Below the pieces are notes generated by a model. It saw nothing but the letters and a program-made list of their open reading frames with translations, was not told where the DNA came from and did no database searches. A stretch of 64,000 nt of DNA, from the NCBI GenBank assembly GCA_903917565.1, contig CAIXBB010000002.1:45818-109817 (forward strand). Reading direction: 5' to 3'. Shown piece by piece: positions 19,273 to 25,259 of this stretch (within the stretch, counting starts at the first letter, position 1; each line of letters opens with the position of its first letter). Source of the stretch: an uncultured cyanobacterium. Its GTDB lineage: Bacteria; Cyanobacteriota; Cyanobacteriia; PCC-6307; Cyanobiaceae. A program made the position numbers and the translations under genes.

Positions 19273-19624
19273 CACCAACTCCTGGAATCCCCTCGGGCAG
19301 GGTGATGCGCAACCGGCGACCGATGGTTTCGGTGAGTTCGGCGGGCCGCATGGCGCCGTTGGCATCGGCGATGCGCCAGTACTGCAGCGGATCACCGAGG
19401 TAACGGGCGGCGATGGCGTCGATGCGTTCGCTTTCCTCGACGCGATGCTCCTGCAGCAGGGTGAGCTCGTCGGGTTGGGGCAGGAACCGCCGCTCCGAGT
19501 AGCTCACCACGGTGCCATCGGCCAGGGTGTGCTGGCGAAGGGAAAGGCCGTGATATCGGCTGCCGGGTGGATAGAGGGGAGTGGTGAGGCCATTGGCCTG
19601 CAGGAAGGCATCGCGGGGATCCAT
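19262..19624 (-). CDS. LysM-domain tail protein X-like protein (Afp6/Cis6-like)
   Basis: 120 aa. C-terminal LysM pattern ERIDAIAARYLGDPLQYWRIADANGAMRPAELTETIGRRLRITLP. ATGA overlap with the upstream gene at 19624. Confidence 0.75.
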   Translation of the reverse strand: MDPRDAFLQANGLTTPLYPPGSRYHGLSLRQHTLADGTVVSYSERRFLPQPDELTLLQEHRVEESERIDAIAARYLGDPLQYWRIADANGAMRPAELTETIGRRLRITLPEGIPGVGDAN

Positions 19625-20289
19625 CAGCCGATGCCTCCGATGCCGAGGGCGGAGAAGCTGCCGGCCCGGGCCAGGCCGGCGAGCCGTTCCTTGGTCTGCA
19701 GATAGCCGAGGAACAGACCACTGCCGACGTGGCTGAAGCCGAGGTCGTCGACGCTGAGCACCCGCAGGCCGAGGCTCACCTTGGCGCGCAGGGGATTGAG
19801 GGAGGGGTCGAAGGCCTCCTCGGTGATCGAGAAATCACTGAGGCGCACCGGCACGATGCGGCTTTTGCTCCATACGAAAAGCATCAGCGGCGCCTCCATC
19901 GGGGCGATCTCGAGGGTGCCGGAGCTGGCCTGGCGATCGACGCGGCGCAGCTGGGCGCTGGTGGGATGGGCGAGGGCTTCGAGCACCGCCAGCTGGGGCT
20001 GGATGCCGTTCTCCACCGTGGTGCGGTGCTGGTCGGGAAATTCGAGCTGATCGGCGGCATCGATCTCAGCCTCAAGCTTGATCGTTTCCACCGCCGGCCC
20101 CTTGAAGCGCATCGGCTCGGAGCGGTTGCCCCCCTCACCGCCGACGTTGGTGGTCTGCACCTGCAGCGACCTTGAGAGTGAATCGGGGTTGTACTGAAGC
20201 GAGATGATCCGCAACACCCGCGCCGATTCCGGATCGATCAGCACCAGACCGCCTTTGAGGATTCGGGGGGAGTTGGGGAAGGTGGTCAT
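19624..20289 (-). CDS. CIS tube-like / tube-initiator protein (Afp5/Cis5-like)
   Basis: 221 aa. N-terminus MTTFPNSPRILKGGLVLIDPES...SLQYNPDSLSRSL fits the contractile-injection-system tube-protein family found at this position in eCIS loci. High GC like the rest of the operon. Confidence 0.75.
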   Translation of the reverse strand: MTTFPNSPRILKGGLVLIDPESARVLRIISLQYNPDSLSRSLQVQTTNVGGEGGNRSEPMRFKGPAVETIKLEAEIDAADQLEFPDQHRTTVENGIQPQLAVLEALAHPTSAQLRRVDRQASSGTLEIAPMEAPLMLFVWSKSRIVPVRLSDFSITEEAFDPSLNPLRAKVSLGLRVLSVDDLGFSHVGSGLFLGYLQTKERLAGLARAGSFSALGIGGIG

Positions 20290-20399
20290 TGCGGCTACCT
20301 ATAGGTTCTGATGGTCCACGTTTTCGTTGTAGCGAGGTGGGTTGCAGTTTACTGCTGAATTCTCTACTGCTATTTACGGGTGCACTCAGCAGACTTGTA

Positions 20400-20900
20400 T
20401 CACAGGCAACTCTTCGTCAGGAAGATTCCCTTGCCAAAAGCGCCGAAAGCACCACTCATCGAGCTGTTGGGCGGAGCAGCCCCTCCTGCTGCACGTAGCT
20501 TAAAACTAGCGCCATCCTGTTTCTCAAGTTCAGATCTTCTAGCTTCTTCACGCACTGGCACCACGCGACTCTTGTTCCGATTGAACATCAACATAGGCGC
20601 CTCGGCCGGCAGGATTTCCAGCGTGCCCGTCTGTGTCAGCGCATTCAGTGCCAGCAGCTCGGCACTGCTCAGCTTCAGCAGACTCTCCAGAGCTGCGAGT
20701 TGCGGCGCGACTCCAAAGGGAAAGGCATTCGCGTTCTGGTCCGGATGCTCCAGCGAATAGGTGGCGTCGATCTCCTCGTCGCGCCTGATCGACTCGATGG
20801 CCGGCTCTTTGAGACGGAACGGCTGAGCGTACGCAGGGTCATGGATGACAAAGCCACCTTTGATCAGCTTGGGGCTACCGGGGAAGGCGCTGGTGTGTGA
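20400..20900 (-). pseudogene. decayed second copy of the Afp5/Cis5-like tube gene (no start codon, internal deletion, frame disruption)
   Basis: The in-frame part of track ORF 20400-21134 reads ..HTSAFPGSPKLIKGGFVIHDPAYAQPFRLKEPAIESIRRDEEIDA...GVAPQLAALESL...TGTLEILPAEAPMLMFNRNKSRVVPV. It aligns block by block with the intact neighbour (MTTFPNSPRILKGGLVLIDPES...RFKGPAVETIKLEAEIDA...GIQPQLAVLEAL...SGTLEIAPMEAPLMLFVWSKSRIVPV). It lacks the ATG (CAC in its place), lacks about 35 codons (SLQYNPDSLS... block), and diverges after VPV. Lower GC than the intact copy. Confidence 0.65.
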
Positions 20901-20910
20901 CTTCAGGTCG

Positions 20911-21582
20911 TCAATCAGGCACTTGGCCGAAACCCAGCAGAATGACCATCCGGCTGAACACATAAGAGAAGCCCTGCACCTTCGGGCTCTGGTTGCCCTT
21001 GATGGTTTCTTGCCTGACGGCAACAACTCGCGCCACCACAACTGAGTCCAGCCCTGGTTCCTGAACTCCCGCAGCACATCGCGCTCCATCGGTGTAGGGG
21101 AACGGGATACCAGACGGGAATTGTGAAGAGCCAAAGCTCACGGAGCCCGAGCACCACGGATTACCCTCGGGCACGATGCCGTGCAGATAGTTCTTCACGA
21201 TCGGCGCGCGATGATTGCCGGCAATTTGATCTGCGCCCGCTTTTAACTCATCGATTGCCACCGCCAACGCAGCGCGCCCGTGCTTGTTACTACTCATGCT
21301 AGCCGCCGGCATCTGCAAGAAATCAACTGCGCTTGTGGTCTGGATGATCGGTTTCGGGTGATGCAGGCTCCATCACGTCATCTCCCCGTCCTTCCCGTCC
21401 ACCGTCAGTAGCTGACGGTTCTGGTCCAGGTTCTGCGCTTGGAACAACCCTACCGCGCGATAGGTCTCGTTATCGAAGACCCCATTGGATCCGTCGTCGG
21501 CAAGATAGCCCCTGTGCGCCAGCAAGCTCTGGACTTCCTTGACCTCGGGGATTGGATCGCCTGTTTTAAGCAGTCTTGCCAT
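20911..21582 (-). pseudogene. decayed peptidoglycan-binding (PG_binding_1-like) + TIGR02594/NlpC-like cell-wall hydrolase gene
   Basis: ORF 21373-21582 (KEVQSLLAHRGYLADDGSNGVFDNETYRAVGLFQAQNL...VDGKDGEMT) is a PG-binding repeat. It ends at a TGA (21373-21375) that is in the same frame as ORF 20911-21318, separated by 18 sense codons. The second part carries NHRAPIVKNYLHG..EGNPWCSGSV (hydrolase-family motif). Expected downstream motifs are split between frames (NQGW in one frame, KGNQSPKV in another). Confidence 0.6.
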
Positions 21583-21914
21583 TTCCGCACCCTTTTCCTG
21601 TCATATTCGTATTTCAAAATTGAGCCTGACCCCGTTGATACTTGCCATGCGAGTCAACTCGATGACTGATTTAATATTTCAAAATTTCCGGAATACACCT
21701 TTCACGCTTGCATCCCTGAGGTGCTCTCGCCCCTAATCCCGGTTTCGTAATATGGTTTGGAAAGTCATTTTTATCCTTCACTTATCTCCATTAAGTCCGA
21801 TTATCGCACCTTGCCGCTCGCTATTAACGTGGTCCCCAATTCCCATGCTTCCCAGCTATTGCTTTCTATATGGATCCCAATTGCTGCTCGAGAGAGGGTT
21901 ATCTCAAACCATGC

Positions 21915-22442
21915 TTACTCGACACCGCAGGCGAATTGAAGTACGACTTCAAAGTCATGCTTTAGGTCTAGAATCTTGCCAAGTTGTGTATCGTAGGTTG
22001 AAAACCCGCCTACGGACTCGAGAATCTCAAGACAATCCCAAAGAACCCGAAGGGCGTGAATGCATGCGTGCGCCTCCCCCACGAAAGAAAAGGAAGCTCC
22101 AGCTCCCTCATCAAAGATCAGGATTTGGATCCACAGCTTCTCCTCATTGAGTTCCACGGTTCTGAAGAGTCGTCGCGCCTCCGCCTCGGTAATACCTCGA
22201 GCTTTCGCAATCCCAAAATAATCACGCTTATACAACTCCAGCGTAGGATGTCGAGCGATTAAATCAGATGCAAGCCGTTGCTTTAGTTGTTCTTTGTTCG
22301 GATCAATTGAGTCTAGATCGGCCGAATCTGGCGCTTTATCCGAAGTTCTTTTCAGCTCTTCCATTTTCTGATGGTATGCCTTATGCCGATCAAGGCCCGC
22401 TGGAAGGCGAATTAGATCAAATCCGTAGCTCATTAGCTTCAA
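21915..22442 (-). CDS. hypothetical cytoplasmic protein; candidate immunity/antidote for the adjacent effector
   Basis: 175-aa intact ORF, low GC, 34 nt downstream of the effector stop, same strand. No signal peptide or TM helix. No recognisable domain. Confidence 0.6.
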   Translation of the reverse strand: MKLMSYGFDLIRLPAGLDRHKAYHQKMEELKRTSDKAPDSADLDSIDPNKEQLKQRLASDLIARHPTLELYKRDYFGIAKARGITEAEARRLFRTVELNEEKLWIQILIFDEGAGASFSFVGEAHACIHALRVLWDCLEILESVGGFSTYDTQLGKILDLKHDFEVVLQFACGVE

Positions 22443-22476
22443 TCCTCTTTCAGTGAAAACAACAATTTCTTTGTTA

Positions 22477-25002
22477 TCATTTTATCACCGCTCCAATGCC
22501 AGCTTTGTCTAGTGCCTCCTTAAGTGGGGAATTTGGACCAATTTCTCCGTTACTTGGGTTTTCATAGAAGTGCCATTCGGTACGACTGACCTTGCCAGCC
22601 TTCATCAGTTCAACATCCTTGTCGATCTCCTCTTGAAGGCGTGTTGACCAGTTCTGTTTGCCGAACTTCGCTTCTCGTGAAACGCGATCACCATGGGTAA
22701 AACAATCGATGTCTCGCCGTCCCGAATCCGCGGAGAGAGCTTGCTTTTGCCCGCCAAATTCTTTGCGTAGCGCATCCTCGGCTTCTGGCCAAGATTTAGG
22801 AGCTAACGGAGGAGGCGCTAATCGGCCTTCTTCATCCCTCAGTCTGTTGTTGCGGATTCGCTCCGCATCGCGTTCGTTTTTCCACTTCTCTGCAGACTCT
22901 CTATTCCGCGCCGTTTTCTCGAGCAAGGCCTTACGTTCTTCTCCTTGAGCATTAACCGCTTTCAAGCTTGCTTCTCTTGATCTTTCTTCTGCATTCAAAC
23001 GCTTTATATCCAGATCCCTGATCTTTGCATCACTTAGATTCCGTTCTTGCTCGATCTCCTCTAGACGCTGCGCTCTGGATCTAGTCGGCACTTCAGCCTT
23101 CGGCTCAGTCTTGACTGCCGTAGGTTCTGTGGACTTAGGATCGGGCTTGGCCGGATCGGGCTTCACCGGCTCGCTCTTGCCGACCGGCTCGCTCTTGACG
23201 ACCGGGTCTGACTTGACGACTGGTTCCGGCTGGATCGGTTTAGGGTTGACGACCGAGTCTGACTTGACGACTGGTTCCGGCTTGAACGGTTTGGGGCTGA
23301 CGACCGAGTCTGACTTGACGACTGGTTCCGGCGTGACCGGTTTGGGGTTGACGAACGAGTCTGACTTGACGACTGGATCCGGCTTGACCGGTTTGGGATT
23401 GACGACCGGGTCTGACTTGACGACTGGATCCGTCTTGGCCCGGTTGGGTGCGGATAGTTCAGTAGCTTCAGATACTGCCGAAGGTCGCGCGCCGCCACCC
23501 GCGCCAAGACTTAACATAATAATTGGTTCCATCCATGTCATAAACAAGCCCCGAACCTTCGCCTCCTCGAGAGCATGATCATTTACCTGATGGAAGGTAA
23601 CGTGGTGATGGCCTGAATCGACCCAATCCTCTAACCAGTTTAAAATCGTGGTCTGCTCGTTGAGGAATGTATTACAAGTGTCCAGTTGATTGGCCGCTTT
23701 TTCATAAGTGGGGCCAAGGGCATCCCGCTTATTATAATTGTCGAATAGATCCTTGTTATTAGCATAAGCCACTTTGTCTTTTTTCGCAATTGCTTCCCTA
23801 AGCTGCTTTTCGGCATCAACGGCAATATTGCAAGCCTCGATCCAGTACTGAAACCATATTTGGAAATGTTGGTGACCGTTAAGCAGGTTAGACGGGTCTG
23901 AGGCGGCCAACAGAAACGCATCTCGCCTAGATTTCCATTGTATGGCAATATCAGCTGTGGGTATTTGATCAATGGGACGAAGTGTGGTCGCATCCAAGTT
24001 ACCAACCTTAGCTACTCCTGAAGCACCTGCGACAGCGTCCGCTACCGGCGAAGACTTGGTAACGGCTGAGCCCGAAAGCGGCCCCGGAGTGGATTTTGTG
24101 ACGGCCTGCGTTTCCACGGAATCTATGAGCCTCGCGACACGATTGCTTGGCAAGGGATCAATTTGCAGAGCTATGGTAAGAAGCTTCTGGCGAGCATACA
24201 AGTTCAGCGCCGATAGCTCCTCATGTGCATCGCTGTCACTCATTTCAGCCACGGCGCGCACTGCGCCCGACCAGTCACTTGAATTTATCGCGTCATTGAA
24301 TAGCAAGGCGAGTTTGGCCCCCTCTCGTTGCAGTCTTGGTGCATTGATGGACGTCGGAAATGGTGTTTTATCGGACTCTCTTGCGAGTGAATGTTCGATT
24401 TGCGAACTGCTGCCCGACTGTTGCACCACATGCGTCAATTCATGGGCAATCAAGCGTCGGCCCTCATGCGCCTGCGGACCGTAGTGCCCTGCGCCGAACA
24501 CAATGCTGTTGCCTACCGTATAGGCATGAGCGTTCACCTCCCGAGCCGATAGGTCGGCAGCCGCATCCACATGCACCCGTACGCTCGAAAAGTTGTGGCC
24601 GAAGCGCTGTGCCATGTCCTGCTGCAACGTCGGTTCTAGCGGCCTCCCCGGCCTGGCGAGAACGCGATCTACGCTGGCTGGAGCTGTTTCTTCCTGTCCG
24701 GTTACTTGTTCCGTGAAGCGCCGGATGCGCGGGGATGTGTCGCTGACGGCAGGATTTGAAGGCTTAGCCATCACCTCATCCGCAACCCGATCCGCTTCCT
24801 GTTCCAGCGGGTCGTTGCTCGCGCCGATGGTGAGCTTGGTCTGGATGAGTTTCTTGCTCGTGCTTTCCGCACAATCGCCGGTCAGCGACGAAGTCGGCGA
24901 GCCGCAGGCGCGCTTGCGATGCAGCAGCAAACCGGTAGGTGTCGAACTGCTCAACGACTGTGGCTTGGCGCCTTGTGTCTGCAAGGGTGCGGTGGTGCTC
25001 AT
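22477..25002 (-). CDS. DUF4157-domain (zincin-like HExxH) CIS cargo/effector protein with tandem-repeat linker, coiled-coil and C-terminal PD-(D/E)xK-like toxin module
   Basis: 841 aa. DUF4157 hallmarks DPLEQEADRVADEVM, LEPTLQQDMAQRFGHNFSSVRVHVD..A..AYTVGNSIVFG and LIAHELTHVVQQ (HExxH codons about 24430-24444). Five 17-aa Pro-rich repeats, then a Lys/Glu/Arg-rich coiled-coil. The last ~106 aa contain GRRDIDCF...RVSREAKFGKQ. Confidence 0.85.
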   Translation of the reverse strand: MSTTAPLQTQGAKPQSLSSSTPTGLLLHRKRACGSPTSSLTGDCAESTSKKLIQTKLTIGASNDPLEQEADRVADEVMAKPSNPAVSDTSPRIRRFTEQVTGQEETAPASVDRVLARPGRPLEPTLQQDMAQRFGHNFSSVRVHVDAAADLSAREVNAHAYTVGNSIVFGAGHYGPQAHEGRRLIAHELTHVVQQSGSSSQIEHSLARESDKTPFPTSINAPRLQREGAKLALLFNDAINSSDWSGAVRAVAEMSDSDAHEELSALNLYARQKLLTIALQIDPLPSNRVARLIDSVETQAVTKSTPGPLSGSAVTKSSPVADAVAGASGVAKVGNLDATTLRPIDQIPTADIAIQWKSRRDAFLLAASDPSNLLNGHQHFQIWFQYWIEACNIAVDAEKQLREAIAKKDKVAYANNKDLFDNYNKRDALGPTYEKAANQLDTCNTFLNEQTTILNWLEDWVDSGHHHVTFHQVNDHALEEAKVRGLFMTWMEPIIMLSLGAGGGARPSAVSEATELSAPNRAKTDPVVKSDPVVNPKPVKPDPVVKSDSFVNPKPVTPEPVVKSDSVVSPKPFKPEPVVKSDSVVNPKPIQPEPVVKSDPVVKSEPVGKSEPVKPDPAKPDPKSTEPTAVKTEPKAEVPTRSRAQRLEEIEQERNLSDAKIRDLDIKRLNAEERSREASLKAVNAQGEERKALLEKTARNRESAEKWKNERDAERIRNNRLRDEEGRLAPPPLAPKSWPEAEDALRKEFGGQKQALSADSGRRDIDCFTHGDRVSREAKFGKQNWSTRLQEEIDKDVELMKAGKVSRTEWHFYENPSNGEIGPNSPLKEALDKAGIGAVIK
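23190..23440. repeat. tandem repeat, 51-nt period, about 5 copies, inside the effector CDS
   Basis: The string tctgacttgacgac recurs starting at 23207, 23258, 23309, 23360 and 23411 (exact 51-nt spacing). It encodes 17-aa units KSD(S/P)VVNPKPxxPEPVV on the minus strand. Confidence 0.9.
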
Positions 25003-25259
25003 GTCCCGATCTCCTTGCCGATGCCCTGCGCCACGTTCTCCCCGACGCGCTGGGGCTTTGATCCCTGCTCAAACTGCACGCCGTTCACGTGCATCCGCGA
25101 CAGGTCTCCCCTGTCCCTCAGGTCTGAAATCACATCACGATCCGCGAAAACCCGCCCCAGCTCCTCCCGCAGCCCCTCGGCAATAGCGTGCCGATGTTCA
25201 CTGGGAAAGCCGTTGAGCACCAGCCGGTCGATGTGAATGATCACCCGCTTCATGGCCAA
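24999..25259 (-). CDS. small conserved-looking CIS-associated protein (possible effector adaptor/chaperone)
   Basis: 86-aa ORF. Stop overlaps the effector start (ATGA at 24999-25002). Start overlaps the end of the AAA+ ATPase gene. N-terminus MAMKRVIIHIDRLVLNGF. Confidence 0.6.
   Translation of the reverse strand: MAMKRVIIHIDRLVLNGFPSEHRHAIAEGLREELGRVFADRDVISDLRDRGDLSRMHVNGVQFEQGSKPQRVGENVAQGIGKEIGT

Noticed and set aside
21373-21375. The in-frame TGA in the peptidoglycan-binding/hydrolase gene considered as a selenocysteine or programmed read-through codon.
   Set aside because: The downstream part of the gene is also frame-disrupted, no SECIS-like hairpin is evident immediately after the codon, and the neighbouring gene is also decayed. 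Simple pseudogenisation is more parsimonious.
21583-21914. The AT-rich 332-nt gap in the island (with the atttcaaaatt direct repeat near 21611 and 21674) considered as an IS end, tRNA or small RNA gene.
   Set aside because: I could find no terminal inverted repeats, no transposase remnant and no cloverleaf-compatible sequence by eye. It is most simply donor-derived intergenic or promoter DNA. It remains covered by the island finding.
23190-23440. The regular 51-nt repeat array considered as a CRISPR array.
   Set aside because: The repeats are contiguous with no unique spacers. They lie in frame within a long ORF and encode a coherent 17-aa peptide repeat. No cas genes are nearby.
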